From positions 1,485,440-1,549,439 of the forward strand of contig CAVWVI010000003.1 in the NCBI GenBank assembly GCA_963758495.1: DNA of 64,000 nucleotides, given 5' to 3'. The translations under genes were made by a program, and so were the position numbers. Below are positions 21,107-32,406 of the stretch, one piece after another. A model generated the notes under the pieces. It saw only the letters and a program-made list of their open reading frames with translations. It had not been told where the DNA came from and ran no database searches. This DNA comes from Oligoflexia bacterium (GTDB lineage Bacteria > Bdellovibrionota > UBA1018). Every line of letters starts with the position of its first letter. The first letter of the stretch is position 1.

Positions 21107-22447
21107 CTAGTTCCCGCTAAATTTTATCCAAAGCTGGTCCCCTTCACGAGTAAAGCCAGGAGCACCTTCTAGATATCTATGGAGGGCTGGAGGTATGAGG
21201 ACATTTCCTTCGGAATCCTGATAGTTTTCCAAAAGAGCGATCCAGGTTCTACCTACGGCTAATCCGGAGCCATTTAAAGTATGAGCAAAAAGAGGTTTGG
21301 CCTGGGGTTCCGGGCGGAAGCGAATTTGAGCACGGCGGGCTTGAAAATCCTCACAATTTGAACAGGATGAGATTTCTCGGTAGGCATTTTGCCCCGGAAG
21401 CCAAACCTCGATATCGTAAGTTTTTGAAGCTCCAAAGCCCATATCTCCGGCACAAAGAGCCATGACTCGATAAGGAAGGCCGAGAAGTTGGAGAACTTTT
21501 TCAGCATTGTGAGTCATCTTTTCCAGTTCTTCGTAGGATTGATCAGGTTTAACTATTTTAACCATTTCGACTTTTTGGAACTGATGCTGGCGGATCAGGC
21601 CTCGAGTATCCTTTCCATAAGATCCCGCTTCACTTCTAAAGCAAGGAGAATAAGCAGTAAAATAGCGGGGTAATATCCCTGGATCTAAAATTTCATCCCG
21701 ATAGATATTCGTCAAAGGGACTTCAGACGTAGGAATCAGGAAAAGTTCTTTATCTGCTAGATGAGTTTTAAATAAATCCTCTTCAAACTTAGGAAGCTGC
21801 CCAGTTCCAGTCATGCTCGCACGATTGACCATAAAAGGAGGGATCACTTCTTGATAGCCATGTTGACGTGTATGTAAATCCAGCATGAACTGAATCAAGG
21901 CGCGCTCTAGAGCAGCCCCTGCGCCAAAATAGAGCGCAAAACGAGCGCCCGCTATTTTGCTTGCCCGTTCAAAATCCAAAATGCGCAACTTTTCGCCGAT
22001 TTCTATATGCTCTTTGGGTTGAAAGCTAAAATGAGGGAGGGTGCCCCATTTTCGAATTTCTACATTTCCACTGCTGTCCGACCCTTCAGGGACACTTGCA
22101 TGAGGGATATTGGGAACGCGAAGAGCAAAGTCTTGAAATTCTTCTTCGGTTTTTCGCAAATCCTCATCTAATCCTTTAATTTGATCGCCAACGGCACGCA
22201 TGGCGCTGACTTTCTGATCGGCTTCTGTGGCGGCGGCGGGATCTGATTTGGCCTTTGATTTAAGCTGCGCGATTTCCTGAGATGCGGAGTTTCTCTGAGC
22301 TTTTAAGGATTCTACTCCTTGAATCAGTTCTTTCCGGCGCCGAGAGAGTTCTGCGAGGCGGGAAATCAGCTCCGGCCCAACATTGCGTCGTTTCAGAGCC
22401 TTTTCTAAGTCAGTCACATTTTCCTGAAAATATCGCGAATCAAGCAT
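21107..22447 (-). CDS. serS: Serine--tRNA ligase
   Basis: It has an N-terminal coiled coil. Class II motifs are [25 protein letters not shown] and [12 protein letters not shown]. Confidence 0.96.
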   Translation of the reverse strand: MLDSRYFQENVTDLEKALKRRNVGPELISRLAELSRRRKELIQGVESLKAQRNSASQEIAQLKSKAKSDPAAATEADQKVSAMRAVGDQIKGLDEDLRKTEEEFQDFALRVPNIPHASVPEGSDSSGNVEIRKWGTLPHFSFQPKEHIEIGEKLRILDFERASKIAGARFALYFGAGAALERALIQFMLDLHTRQHGYQEVIPPFMVNRASMTGTGQLPKFEEDLFKTHLADKELFLIPTSEVPLTNIYRDEILDPGILPRYFTAYSPCFRSEAGSYGKDTRGLIRQHQFQKVEMVKIVKPDQSYEELEKMTHNAEKVLQLLGLPYRVMALCAGDMGFGASKTYDIEVWLPGQNAYREISSCSNCEDFQARRAQIRFRPEPQAKPLFAHTLNGSGLAVGRTWIALLENYQDSEGNVLIPPALHRYLEGAPGFTREGDQLWIKFSGN

Positions 22448-22529
22448 AGTGACAGCCTACCACACGATGAGATAGGCGAAAAGTCATCAGGCGAAGCTAT
22501 TGAAATTAAAGCCCTCCTTTTAGGGGGGC

Positions 22530-22601
22530 AAGCACTGTCTGGAGCCCTATAGCGCCGTAAAGATTTGGATCTCCGGCGCTATAGGGCTCCAGACAGTGCT
22601 T
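22530..22601. repeat. 28-bp perfect inverted repeat with a 16-nt spacer, in the serS/leuS divergent intergenic region
   Basis: AAGCACTGTCTGGAGCCCTATAGCGCCG (22530-22557) is the exact reverse complement of 22574-22601. Confidence 0.9.
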
Positions 22602-22641
22602 ACAGTTGATAGCAGTTGGAGTTCCAGGTATATAAGGTTCC

Positions 22642-25080
22642 ATGGCCTATCATCCGAGCGCAATTGAACCGAAGTGGCAGAAGTTTTGGGACGATCATTC
22701 TATTTTCCGAGCTGAAACGAAAAGTAGCAAACCCAAGTATTACATTCTCGACATGTTTCCCTATCCTAGTAGCTCAGGGCTTCATGTGGGACATCCTGAA
22801 GGCTATACAGCGACGGATATTTTAGCTCGATATAAACGGGCTAAGGGTTTTAATGTTCTGCATCCGATGGGTTGGGATGCTTTTGGATTACCTGCCGAGC
22901 AATATGCACTTCAAACAGGGGTTCATCCCGCGATCACGACTCAAAGTGCCATTGAAAACTTTCGAAGACAGTTGAAGCTTCTCGGGTTTAGTTACGATTG
23001 GTCACGCGAATTTGCGACTTGTAATGCCACTTATTATAAGTGGACGCAGTTCATTTTTCTTAAGCTATTTGAAAGAGGATTAGCCTATCAAAAGGAAGTC
23101 CCTGTCAATTGGTGCCCCGCGCTGAAAACAGTATTAGCAAATGAAGAAGTGGTGGACGGAGTCTCTGAACGAGGGGGGCATCCTGTTTTTCGCGTACCTA
23201 TGAAGCAATGGATGTTGAAAATCACTGCCTATGCTGAAAAGCTTTTAAAAGGCTTGGACGATTTAGATTGGCCTGAAGGGACTAAAGAGCTCCAACGGAA
23301 CTGGATCGGACGGAGCGAAGGTCTTCAGATGAAGTTTCCAGTTTCTGAATCTGACGATCAAATTGAAATTTTTACAACACGAGCAGATACCATTTTTGGA
23401 GTGACTTATATGGTATTGGCCCCAGAGCACCCCTTAGTGGAAAGGCTCACCACGGCTGATCGCAAAACAGCAGTGACCACCTATCAGGCGAAAGCAGCTC
23501 AAAAATCAGACATGTCCCGTCAAGAGGCGAGTCAAGAAAAGACAGGCGCTTTTACGGGAAGCTACGCGATCAATCCGTTGTCTGGAGAGAAAATTCCAGT
23601 TTGGATATCTGATTATGTTTTAATGAGTTATGGCACAGGTGCAGTCATGGCGGTTCCGGCACATGACGAAAGAGATTTAGAATTTGCTAAGACGTTTCAT
23701 CTCCCGATTAAGAAAGTAATAGAAGGAGGCTCTTCAGAGTTAGAGTGCTTCAGTGGAGAAGGGATTGCGATTCACTCTGATTTTATTACAGGGATGACGA
23801 GTCAAAAAGGAAAGATGGCCGTAACTGAATGGGCCGAAAAAAAGGGATTCGGGCAGAGAACGGTGCAGTATAAGCTACGAGATTGGCTTTTCTCTCGGCA
23901 AAGATATTGGGGCGAACCCTTCCCTATTCTTCATCTGGATACGGGAGAGAAGACCCCAGTTCCTTTGAATGAGCTCCCCGTATTGTTGCCGGATGTGAAA
24001 AGTTATGAACCCTCAGGGACAGGTGAAAGTCCACTTTCAGCGATTCGAGAATGGGTAGATACTCGCGACCCTCGAACAGGAAAACCTGCGCGCCGTGAAA
24101 CCGATACAATGCCGGGTAGCGCGGGATCCTCTTGGTATTTTTTACGTTATTGTGATCCGAATAATGATGAAGCCCCTTTTAGTTCTGAAGCAGAAAAATA
24201 TTGGATGCCAGTTGATCTCTACCTAGGAGGGCCTGAGCATGCTGTAGGCCATCTTCTCTATGCACGGTTTTGGACCAAGGTGCTTTACGATGCGGGTTTG
24301 GTGTCCCATGATGAGCCTTTTAAGAAGCTGGTCCATCAAGGCATGATTTTAGGCGAAGATGGCGAAAAGATGTCCAAATCTCGGGGCAATGTGATTAATC
24401 CAGATTCTGTCGTGGATAAATATGGAGCGGATACACTTCGTATTTATGAAATGTTCATGGGGCCTTTGGAGAGAGATAAGCCTTGGTCTACGACTGCGAT
24501 TGAAGGAGTGTATCGGTTTCTTCAGCGGACTTGGCGTCTCTTTGTCGAAGATGAAGAAAGTACTTCAGGGACAGTAAAAGAATCTAAGCTCTTAGTGGGG
24601 GATATTGAGCCCACCGAAGATGATCTCAAAGTCACGCACAAGATGATTAAAATCGTTACCGAACATATTGAAGGGATGCGATTTAATACGGCCATTAGTC
24701 AGATGATGATTTTTGTAAATCATATGACAAAACTTCCGGTGAAACCGAGAGCTTGTTTAAAGCCTTTTATTCAGCTCCTCAATCCTTTTGCCCCTCACTT
24801 GGCGGAAGAACTTTGGGAAAAAATAGGTGAGAAATCTGTTCTTACGTTTGAGCCATGGCCTCTCTATCAAGCTGATTTGGCGAGAGATCAGTTCCTCACT
24901 GTTGCGGTGCAAGTGATGGGCAAGACTCGGGGCACACTTGAAGTGGAGCCTGGAACAGACCAAGCTATTTTAGAGAAGTTGGCTAAAGAAATCACCTCAG
25001 TCTCTAATCAACTTCAAGGGAAGCAGATTCGGAAAGTGATTTTTGTAAAAGATAAAATTTTAAACTTCGTAGTCAGTTAG
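22642..25080 (+). CDS. leuS: Leucine--tRNA ligase
   Basis: It has the HIGH motif (HVGHPEGY), the KMSKS motif (EKMSKSRGN) and an editing-domain insert. Length is 812 aa. Confidence 0.97.
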   Translation: MAYHPSAIEPKWQKFWDDHSIFRAETKSSKPKYYILDMFPYPSSSGLHVGHPEGYTATDILARYKRAKGFNVLHPMGWDAFGLPAEQYALQTGVHPAITTQSAIENFRRQLKLLGFSYDWSREFATCNATYYKWTQFIFLKLFERGLAYQKEVPVNWCPALKTVLANEEVVDGVSERGGHPVFRVPMKQWMLKITAYAEKLLKGLDDLDWPEGTKELQRNWIGRSEGLQMKFPVSESDDQIEIFTTRADTIFGVTYMVLAPEHPLVERLTTADRKTAVTTYQAKAAQKSDMSRQEASQEKTGAFTGSYAINPLSGEKIPVWISDYVLMSYGTGAVMAVPAHDERDLEFAKTFHLPIKKVIEGGSSELECFSGEGIAIHSDFITGMTSQKGKMAVTEWAEKKGFGQRTVQYKLRDWLFSRQRYWGEPFPILHLDTGEKTPVPLNELPVLLPDVKSYEPSGTGESPLSAIREWVDTRDPRTGKPARRETDTMPGSAGSSWYFLRYCDPNNDEAPFSSEAEKYWMPVDLYLGGPEHAVGHLLYARFWTKVLYDAGLVSHDEPFKKLVHQGMILGEDGEKMSKSRGNVINPDSVVDKYGADTLRIYEMFMGPLERDKPWSTTAIEGVYRFLQRTWRLFVEDEESTSGTVKESKLLVGDIEPTEDDLKVTHKMIKIVTEHIEGMRFNTAISQMMIFVNHMTKLPVKPRACLKPFIQLLNPFAPHLAEELWEKIGEKSVLTFEPWPLYQADLARDQFLTVAVQVMGKTRGTLEVEPGTDQAILEKLAKEITSVSNQLQGKQIRKVIFVKDKILNFVVS

Positions 25081-25116
25081 CGTAAGCTGTCCTGTGTGAC
25101 GCATTGGATGAAAGCG

Positions 25117-26487
25117 TTAGGTTGAAATTGCGGGCCTTCTCCTTCGTGGCGCGCGTCCGTCCAGTGCTGAGGTAGCTTGTGCTTTTAATTTAGGAACGAT
25201 CCATTTTACATAAATGGCAACGAGGACTGCTCCCACTGACATGGAAATGGCTGCGGGTGTGTTGTCTAAGAGAAGTCCAATTCCTAAAGCTGTGAAGAAA
25301 ATCGCAACGAATACGGGAATGGCGAGTGTTTTGACTCGAAATGGTCGCTCTTGATGGGGATGAGTTTTTCGAAGTCGAATCAAAGAGATCGCCATGGTGA
25401 CATAAATCAGACATTCGGCAAATGCCCCCATATAGATAAAGGGTTTGACGATTCCAGTATAAGCTACAAAGAGAGAGAGAAGCGTGCAGACCGTAAATAA
25501 CATCCATATAGCAATATGAGGGGTGAGGTATTTTTCATGAATTTGGGCCAGTGCTTTGGGTGCTGCATGATCTCGAGCCAAGGCATAAAGAAACCGCGAT
25601 GCGGTGAGTAATCCAGCATTAAAACAGGTGATACTCGCCACCAGACTCATAAGCATCATGATCATCACTCCCGGAGCCCCAAAAGCTTTTACGGCGAAGA
25701 GAATATGGGGAATAGGATGTCCCGATGCTACCGCTTGACTCAAAGTTTCCTTACCTCCGATACTGGTCATGGCGGTGACGAGTGAGCCGTAAGCCACGAA
25801 GAGAAGAAGAATAGAAATCGCCATTCCTTTCGGAATGGAGCGATATTCTTGGACTTCTTCGGCAAGAGGGGTAACCCACTCAAAACCAAGATAGAGAAAA
25901 ACCCCTACCCCCACCGCCTGAAAAAAATCAAAAGGGGACTTGTCTAGCATGGGGTGCAAAGTGTGCTCTAATGGGAAATGAAATTGGGTGAGGGCAATCC
26001 AGGAGATACTGATGAGGGCAAAAAATTTAAAATAGGCCACAACATCTTGAAATGCACCGGTTAATTTAACACCTCGAATATTGATCAAGCAGATCGATAG
26101 CAAAAATACAAAGATCCAAGCGAGGACTGGGATTCCAGGGAATCCATAAGAAAGGACATTTCCCAGGATGTAAGTCTCGGCGCCTACAATGGAAAGAGTG
26201 GTCATAATGTAAAGACTTGCGAGAATGAGAGCGGTGGTTTCGCCAAAGGCTTTTTCAATAAAAAGCTTGATTCCAGCAGCAGAGGGAAACATTCCGCCGA
26301 GCTCCGCAAAGCAAAGAGAGGAAAGATAACAAATGATTCCGGCCACTAAAAGAGCCAACCAGCCCGAGTGACCTGAAACGTGATCAGACATTTCAATGAG
26401 CGATACATAAGAGATGGAAGCAAGTGCCAATCCTGCTCCGGTAGAAATGACTGTTCTGAGGCCAACTTGTCTTTTAAGTGTCTGCAT
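25117..26487 (-). CDS. APC-family amino acid permease
   Basis: The 456-aa ORF has about 12 TM segments and an N-terminal GAGLALA-type segment typical of APC transporters. Confidence 0.8.
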   Translation of the reverse strand: MQTLKRQVGLRTVISTGAGLALASISYVSLIEMSDHVSGHSGWLALLVAGIICYLSSLCFAELGGMFPSAAGIKLFIEKAFGETTALILASLYIMTTLSIVGAETYILGNVLSYGFPGIPVLAWIFVFLLSICLINIRGVKLTGAFQDVVAYFKFFALISISWIALTQFHFPLEHTLHPMLDKSPFDFFQAVGVGVFLYLGFEWVTPLAEEVQEYRSIPKGMAISILLLFVAYGSLVTAMTSIGGKETLSQAVASGHPIPHILFAVKAFGAPGVMIMMLMSLVASITCFNAGLLTASRFLYALARDHAAPKALAQIHEKYLTPHIAIWMLFTVCTLLSLFVAYTGIVKPFIYMGAFAECLIYVTMAISLIRLRKTHPHQERPFRVKTLAIPVFVAIFFTALGIGLLLDNTPAAISMSVGAVLVAIYVKWIVPKLKAQATSALDGRAPRRRRPAIST

Positions 26488-26643
26488 GTGTCCTCTTCCT
26501 TTCTTGTAAGCGGTTCTTTGCCGTGCTTACCTTTTTATTGTATCGGAAATCCAGATCGCCGCTAGAAACTCTGTAAATCAGGTGATTGGGAGGCTCCTTG
26601 GGCGTTCAAAGTTTGACATATATTCTCAAGATCTCTTGAGAGT

Positions 26644-27621
26644 TTGATCGGGTTAAGGTATCCCATATTCATGCGAATGAGAGACTGGGTCATCTTATCA
26701 GGAAGCGCAAATCGGCCGCTAGCCGAAAAGATTTGTGAAAAGCTAGGCAAACCATTGAGTCATGCTGATGTCCGTCGGTTTAGTGACGGTGAGGTCTTTG
26801 TTGAAATTGGAGAAAATGTTCGCGGACGTGATGCCTATATTATTCAAAGTACTTGCCGGCCTGTGAACGACACTTTGATGGAGCTTCTGATTATGATTGA
26901 CGCGCTTAAGCGCGCGAGTGCAAAGGAGATTACAGCGATAGTCCCCTACTTCGGTTATGCAAGACAAGACCGAAAAGTCGCTCCTCGTACTCCTATTAGC
27001 GCAAAATTAGTGGCAGATCTATTTACTGCGGCAGGTGCCACTCGCATCGTTGCAATGGATCTTCATGCTGGACAGATTCAGGGATTTTTTAATATCCCAT
27101 TTGATAATCTTTTCGCTTCACCGGTGATCTTAGATTACGTTAAGAATCAAAAACTCAGTAGTGATAACTTGGTCATTGTGAGTCCCGATACGGGGGGCGT
27201 TGAGCGTGCTCGTGCCTTTGCAAAACGTTTAAATGCAAGTGTCGCGATGATTGATAAAAGGCGCACGGGCCCTAACGTAGCTAAAGCAATGAATGTGATT
27301 GGAGAAGTTGAGGGCAAGGTTGCTATGATTTTAGATGACATGATTGACACTGCAGGAACCTTGACCGAAGCAGCTCATGCCGTTTTACAACATGGCGCCA
27401 AAACAGTCTATGCGGCTGCAACTCATGGAGTCTTGTCCGGTCCTGCTATCGAGCGAATTAAGAAGTCACAGATTGAGCGCGTCATTGTAACGGATACGAT
27501 TCCATTATCACCTGAAGCGGCGACGCATCCTAAATTTGTGCAGTTGTCTGTGGCCAATCTATTAGCGGAAGCCATACATCGAATTCACAATTATGATAGC
27601 GTCAGTAGCCTTTTTATTTAA
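26644..27621 (+). CDS. prs: Ribose-phosphate pyrophosphokinase
   Basis: Motifs [30 protein letters not shown] and DDMIDTAGT are present. The true start is probably the ATG at 26671 or 26677. Confidence 0.95.
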   Translation: MIGLRYPIFMRMRDWVILSGSANRPLAEKICEKLGKPLSHADVRRFSDGEVFVEIGENVRGRDAYIIQSTCRPVNDTLMELLIMIDALKRASAKEITAIVPYFGYARQDRKVAPRTPISAKLVADLFTAAGATRIVAMDLHAGQIQGFFNIPFDNLFASPVILDYVKNQKLSSDNLVIVSPDTGGVERARAFAKRLNASVAMIDKRRTGPNVAKAMNVIGEVEGKVAMILDDMIDTAGTLTEAAHAVLQHGAKTVYAAATHGVLSGPAIERIKKSQIERVIVTDTIPLSPEAATHPKFVQLSVANLLAEAIHRIHNYDSVSSLFI

Positions 27622-28209
27622 ATGAAAATTATCGCCGGCCTGGGGAATCCAGGACCTCAGTATGAGACTACCCGACATAATGTGGGGTTTTTAGCGATAG
27701 ATCGCTTGGTCGATCGATGGCGCGCTACACGTGCAGGGTCAAAGTACCAGGGAGAAATTTATCAGACCTTTTTTGGTGGAGAAAGTATTGCCTTAGTCAA
27801 ACCCCAGACTTTTATGAATCTTTCTGGTAAGAGTATTGGTTCTCTCTTTAATTTTTACCGGTGCTTGCCAGAAGATCTGATCGTGATTCATGACGACCTT
27901 GACTTACCGCCGATGACTTTGAAGCTTAAAACCGGGGGGGGCACCGGAGGACATAATGGACTCAAGTCGATTGATGAGGTTTTAGGAAAAGAGAAGAATC
28001 AGTACCATCGAGTGCGAATTGGAATAGGGCATCCCTCTCAGTCTGAGACGAACTCTAGAATGTCTCCAGCCAATTATGTGCTTCAAGCCATGGAGCAGGA
28101 TGAACTCAATGCGCTCGATCCTTTGTTAGATGGGGTAGCGGCAGCTATTGAAGAAATTTTAAAGAGCGGGATCCAAACTGCGATGAATCGGTTTCATCGT
28201 TCAAAATAG
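27622..28209 (+). CDS. pth: Peptidyl-tRNA hydrolase
   Basis: Motifs GLGNPGPQYETTRHNVGF and GGHNGLKS are present. Confidence 0.95.
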   Translation: MKIIAGLGNPGPQYETTRHNVGFLAIDRLVDRWRATRAGSKYQGEIYQTFFGGESIALVKPQTFMNLSGKSIGSLFNFYRCLPEDLIVIHDDLDLPPMTLKLKTGGGTGGHNGLKSIDEVLGKEKNQYHRVRIGIGHPSQSETNSRMSPANYVLQAMEQDELNALDPLLDGVAAAIEEILKSGIQTAMNRFHRSK

Positions 28210-28220
28210 GAGTTAGATTT

Positions 28221-29324
28221 ATGGGCTTTCAATGTGGCATCGTGGGACTACCCAATGTTGGAAAATCGACGATTTTTAATGCATTGACATCAGCTAAAGC
28301 TGAGGCAGCTAACTATCCTTTTTGTACCATTGATCCCAATACTGGGATTGTGAAAGTTCCCGATCCTCGATTAGCGGAAATTGCTAAATATATTCCTCCA
28401 CAGAAGCTTGTGCCTGCCAGTATGGTGTTTGTGGACATTGCTGGATTAGTGAAAGGCGCCTCCAAGGGCGAAGGATTAGGTAATCAATTCTTAGGTCACA
28501 TTCGTGAAACCAATGCGATTGCTCATGTGGTTCGTTGTTTTTCAGATCCTAATGTAATCCATGTTGATGGCTCAGTTGATCCTGTTCGTGATATTTCTGT
28601 GATCGATACGGAGCTCATTTTGGCTGATTTAGATACGATTAGTAAGCGGTTTTCATCCATGCAAAAAGCAGCTAAATCCGGCACTGATAAGAAAGCAGCG
28701 GCAATCATATCCGTATTGGAGCCCGTGAAAGCCGCACTGGAGTCAGGAAAACCAGTGCGCTCTTTGGAGCTGAGTGAAGACCAGTTGGCATTAATTCATG
28801 ACTTTCATCTGATTACCGCTAAAAAGGTGATGTATGTCGCAAATGTGGATGACAATGATATTGGGAAGTCTGAGCCCAATGAGCATGTAAAAAAACTTTT
28901 GGAATATGCCAAAATCGAGGGTAGTCCTGTGGTGCAAATCTGCGGTAAAATCGAATCAGAAATCGCAGAGCTTTCAGAAGATGAAAAAATTTCATTTTTA
29001 AAAGAAATGGGAATGGAAGAGCCAGGACTGAATCGTGTGATTCGTGCAGGATATGAGTTATTAGGGCTGCAAACTTATTTCACCGCTGGAGAAACTGAAG
29101 TTCGTGCTTGGACGATTCAGAAGGGGGCAAAAGCTCCTCAGGCCGCGGGTGTGATTCACACCGATTTTGAAAAAGGATTTATTAAAGCAGAAGTTTATCA
29201 CTTCAATGATTTAATGAAATATAAGACCGAACAAGCGATCCGAGATGCGGGCGCCTTAAAGCTTGAAGGCAAAGAGTACGTGGTTCGCGATGGCGATATC
29301 ATGCATTTCCGTTTTGCCGTTTGA
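28221..29324 (+). CDS. ychF: Ribosome-binding ATPase YchF
   Basis: It has the P-loop [17 protein letters not shown] and a C-terminal TGS-like segment with [28 protein letters not shown]. Confidence 0.96.
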   Translation: MGFQCGIVGLPNVGKSTIFNALTSAKAEAANYPFCTIDPNTGIVKVPDPRLAEIAKYIPPQKLVPASMVFVDIAGLVKGASKGEGLGNQFLGHIRETNAIAHVVRCFSDPNVIHVDGSVDPVRDISVIDTELILADLDTISKRFSSMQKAAKSGTDKKAAAIISVLEPVKAALESGKPVRSLELSEDQLALIHDFHLITAKKVMYVANVDDNDIGKSEPNEHVKKLLEYAKIEGSPVVQICGKIESEIAELSEDEKISFLKEMGMEEPGLNRVIRAGYELLGLQTYFTAGETEVRAWTIQKGAKAPQAAGVIHTDFEKGFIKAEVYHFNDLMKYKTEQAIRDAGALKLEGKEYVVRDGDIMHFRFAV

Positions 29325-31281
29325 GATGCTGACTGGTAGGGAGTTTTGCAGACGCTTTTGGTGAGATATGGGTAGTCCAAAAGTAATTAAAATCTTTGTG
29401 TAAGGAACCCTTGAGTTGTCGGGAATACCAGATGTAATTTCTGACAATGCCGGCGACATATTCGCGTGTTTCACGATAAGGTATGGTTTCGATAAATTCC
29501 TGCATACTGACCTGGGCAGGGGCGCATTTAATCCATCGATCCACGGCTTTGGGACCCGCATTATAACCGGCTAATGCCAAAGAGATATTGCCGTTAAAAT
29601 ATTTTAATAATTTTTTGAGATAAAGAATCCCTACTTTAATATTTCCGTCGGCCTCCAAAAGTCTTACAGAACTGACCGTGGAATCAGTATCGCTGGCTGT
29701 TCCTGGCATGAGCTGCATCAATCCGAGCGCGCCTACAGGTGATTTTACTTTTTCGTCAAATCCTGATTCCTGCTTGATTAGACTTAAAACAAGAATGGGA
29801 TCTAAGTCGTTTTGAACAGCATATTTTTTTATTAAATCTAAAAAATCGACAGGAAAAATAATTTGCAACCCGTAAGAAGAAAGAACTCCGTCGTACCCGC
29901 GTTGAATGAGTTCAGTGATGACTTGAAAATTCGAATTATAATTTTTTGCTTTAGAATTTAACATGGCTAGATAAACAAGAAACGGGCTGGAGAGTCCTTC
30001 GCGAGGTTTGAGAGCTTTGAGTTCATAAGTGGCGAGCTCATAAGCGCCTTCCGCTACTAAGTGTTGCGCTCTATTGAGATGAAACTGTTCGGGAGGTTGA
30101 AGAGCTGAATCATTTTCTGTCGCCATTGGAATGGTCATGCTGATAACTGAGTCAATAGGTTTTCCGCTGAGTTGGGACGCAAGAAGTCCATAGTAGCTCA
30201 GGGGAGAATCGTTTTGAAGTTCCGTAAGTACCGTTATCGCTTCAGCGTGCACTCCATCGTGCTCAAGAGATTGAGCTAACCAATATCGAGCTCTCAGGCG
30301 ATGAGTGGAGCGAGGATAGTCATCTAGGAATTGTCTGAAGTTTTTAATGGCTACACTATATTTCCTATCGAGATAGGATTTCATAGCAGCATCAAATGCC
30401 AATTGATCTAAGTCGGGAGCTTTATAGGGAATAGTCAGTTTATTCGCTATTCGATAGGTTTTCGTCTTTTCGGGAGTGAGTGAGGTAAATGCTGAAATCG
30501 CTTTAAATTCATTTGATTTTTTAAGGTACACACCGAGGAGTGTTCGAAGCCAACTTGTACAGAGCGGACCTGATTTCTTTTGGCAGCTCTCCGCGTATTT
30601 TCCTAAATGATAAGAATCAATTAAAGAAAGTTGATTTTGGGATTGGAGCCGATGAAAGGCATGTTCAAAGCTGTTTTGCGCGAGCAGCCATTTGCGACTT
30701 CCCCAATAAGAATCTCCGATCAAGAGTTCTCCTTGGGCAAGGGAACTAGGCACAGTTCGGATAAAAGGAGACTCAGGATTTTCTTTTATAATCTGTAAAT
30801 TGAGAGCAATGGATTTTTTGGCTGCACCGAATACTTTAGTGTAGCTTTTCTTACTCATGAGTTTCTCTGCCTCTGAGAGATAAGCGGAGGCAGAAATCCA
30901 ATAACCATAATCTGAATAAGTAGGATCTGTTTGAATTTTTGTGGCAAGCTTAATGGCTTGGGTAAACTGTTCTTTTTTAAATGCTTCAAAAGCCTGTTTT
31001 AATATCCGTACTTTTTTAGAAGAATAATTTTTTATTAGAGTTTGTTGAAGACGATCCACCGGTGATAATGCCTCGACACAAGATGGTGACGGAAGTAACG
31101 ATGGATGTGGAGACGGGTTTGACGGAGACGGATTTAATGGAGAGGGATTTAATAATGGACGAGGTGCTTGAATCGTAGGACCAGCGTAAAGAGAAGCTGG
31201 AAAGAACGGTAACGTTAATGTTACCGTTAAGGATAATAAAACTGAGACTAGTATTGGAATAAATTGGTAAGTTCGAGCCAT
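29299..31281 (-). CDS. slt: Soluble lytic murein transglycosylase (Slt-like)
   Basis: It has a signal peptide, a Pro/Ser-rich NPSP repeat, a superhelical region and the SLT catalytic motif LIKQESGFD...GALGLMQLMPGTA...AGYNAGP. Confidence 0.88.
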   Translation of the reverse strand: MARTYQFIPILVSVLLSLTVTLTLPFFPASLYAGPTIQAPRPLLNPSPLNPSPSNPSPHPSLLPSPSCVEALSPVDRLQQTLIKNYSSKKVRILKQAFEAFKKEQFTQAIKLATKIQTDPTYSDYGYWISASAYLSEAEKLMSKKSYTKVFGAAKKSIALNLQIIKENPESPFIRTVPSSLAQGELLIGDSYWGSRKWLLAQNSFEHAFHRLQSQNQLSLIDSYHLGKYAESCQKKSGPLCTSWLRTLLGVYLKKSNEFKAISAFTSLTPEKTKTYRIANKLTIPYKAPDLDQLAFDAAMKSYLDRKYSVAIKNFRQFLDDYPRSTHRLRARYWLAQSLEHDGVHAEAITVLTELQNDSPLSYYGLLASQLSGKPIDSVISMTIPMATENDSALQPPEQFHLNRAQHLVAEGAYELATYELKALKPREGLSSPFLVYLAMLNSKAKNYNSNFQVITELIQRGYDGVLSSYGLQIIFPVDFLDLIKKYAVQNDLDPILVLSLIKQESGFDEKVKSPVGALGLMQLMPGTASDTDSTVSSVRLLEADGNIKVGILYLKKLLKYFNGNISLALAGYNAGPKAVDRWIKCAPAQVSMQEFIETIPYRETREYVAGIVRNYIWYSRQLKGSLHKDFNYFWTTHISPKASAKLPTSQHLKRQNGNA

Positions 31282-31318
31282 TTGATTGCTAATCTAACAG
31301 CTTAATTCATTTGATGTT

Positions 31319-31984
31319 CTAGTTTTTTTCAATTTCTTGCAAAGCGGCTAATGCTGCGTCGAGTTCATTCTTGGCTTCTTGCAAGCTCTTGGCTTCTGGC
31401 AAAGAAGATAAGATTATTGCTTTTTCAATTCTTGGAATAGCCGCCTGAGCCAATTCGCGAGTTTTTAAAACTCTCGTCATTACGCCCTCCATCATGCCGT
31501 TGTAGTCTTCGGCCAGCTCTGGGAAATAATCCCCTTTTCGGAACCTGAGTCTTTGCTCAATATTTCCTGTTCGAGCCTCTTGAAAGAACTTTCTCAGTCG
31601 ATACAGAGGACCTGCGATTTTATGAGACATGAAAATGCTGACTAAAAAAGTCAGAATAATCAAAATCCCTTGCATCAATACGAGCAGCCAAAGGAGATCA
31701 GACCTAGTTTTTTCCAGACCCGCTATGGCAGGGCCCATTGGATCCGCCGCTACATATCGAATAAAATAATCAAAAAGAGTCGAAATCACCATGACGTAGG
31801 CAAAGCTGAGTGCGATGAGCCATGAGCAGACATAGAATGCGAAACGAAACTGAAATCTCTTATTAATTAAGAAGATTCTTCTTTTGAAGCCGCTCATATC
31901 CTGAAGTCGCTCATATTCTAAAATCTTAACGCTTCTTATGACCCTGTGCCAAGATTTCTTCCAAAAAGGGTATTTTCCAAGCAA
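31319..31984 (-). CDS. Membrane protein with a HAMP-like linker
   Basis: Two TM segments are followed by a HAMP-like segment, IAGPLYRLRKFFQEARTGNIEQRLRFRKGDYFPELAEDYNGMMEGV. The start may be the internal MSGFKRR. Confidence 0.6.
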   Translation of the reverse strand: MLGKYPFWKKSWHRVIRSVKILEYERLQDMSGFKRRIFLINKRFQFRFAFYVCSWLIALSFAYVMVISTLFDYFIRYVAADPMGPAIAGLEKTRSDLLWLLVLMQGILIILTFLVSIFMSHKIAGPLYRLRKFFQEARTGNIEQRLRFRKGDYFPELAEDYNGMMEGVMTRVLKTRELAQAAIPRIEKAIILSSLPEAKSLQEAKNELDAALAALQEIEKN

Positions 31985-32088
31985 AGGATGGATGTCCTCT
32001 TTGCAGGCGATGGCTATTTTCCAGATGCGATGGATGCTTTGCAGAGGCTTTAGTTACTTTGCATGTAGTGCAGGGAGTGTGGCGGTTA

Positions 32089-32406
32089 CTACTTTCCTGG
32101 CATCTTCAGTCTCTCCACGGGATGACCCCCCACAATGTGGGATTGAACGATTTCAGCTACGTCAGATGGAGTTACATTCCCGTACCAGACATTATCTGGG
32201 TAGACGACGATAGCAGGGCCAAATTCGCACGCATCCAGGCACCCTGCTTTTTGGGCCCTTACCTCTTTGGCAAGCCCTGCTTTAGCTAGTTCTTGCTTGA
32301 ATAGTGGAATCAACTGCTCAGAATTTTTGGCTTTACAGCATCCCCTGGGGTGGCCAGGAGGTCTTTCGTTAGTGCAAATAAAAATGTGTGCTTTAAGTTT
32401 TGTCAT
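32089..32406 (-). CDS. Thioredoxin-like (2Fe-2S) ferredoxin
   Basis: The cysteine pattern is C(11)...C(23,24)...CLDACEFGP. It is followed by VVYPDNVWYGNVTPSDV, which is typical of this family. Confidence 0.8.
   Translation of the reverse strand: MTKLKAHIFICTNERPPGHPRGCCKAKNSEQLIPLFKQELAKAGLAKEVRAQKAGCLDACEFGPAIVVYPDNVWYGNVTPSDVAEIVQSHIVGGHPVERLKMPGK

Noticed and set aside
20853-21110. An 85-aa plus-strand ORF spanning the tRNA-Ser locus.
   Set aside because: It overlaps a well-folding tRNA-Ser on the opposite strand and runs into the serS 3' end. It has no motif support.
22448-22641. A T-box or other riboswitch leader for leuS or serS.
   Set aside because: I could find no T-box consensus (AGGGUGGNACCGCG-like) or specifier-loop arrangement. 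The only structure is a single perfect 28-bp hairpin, reported separately.
31075-31160. A short tandem nucleotide periodicity encoding the NPSPLNPSPSNPSPHPS repeats.
   Set aside because: It lies within the Slt coding frame as a Pro/Ser-rich linker after the signal peptide. It is a low-complexity protein region rather than an independent repeat element.
31938-32289. Plus-strand ORFs 31938-32213 and 32059-32289.
   Set aside because: They are antisense to the ferredoxin gene and the HAMP-protein start. Their sequences are Cys/Trp-rich and odd, typical of shadow frames.
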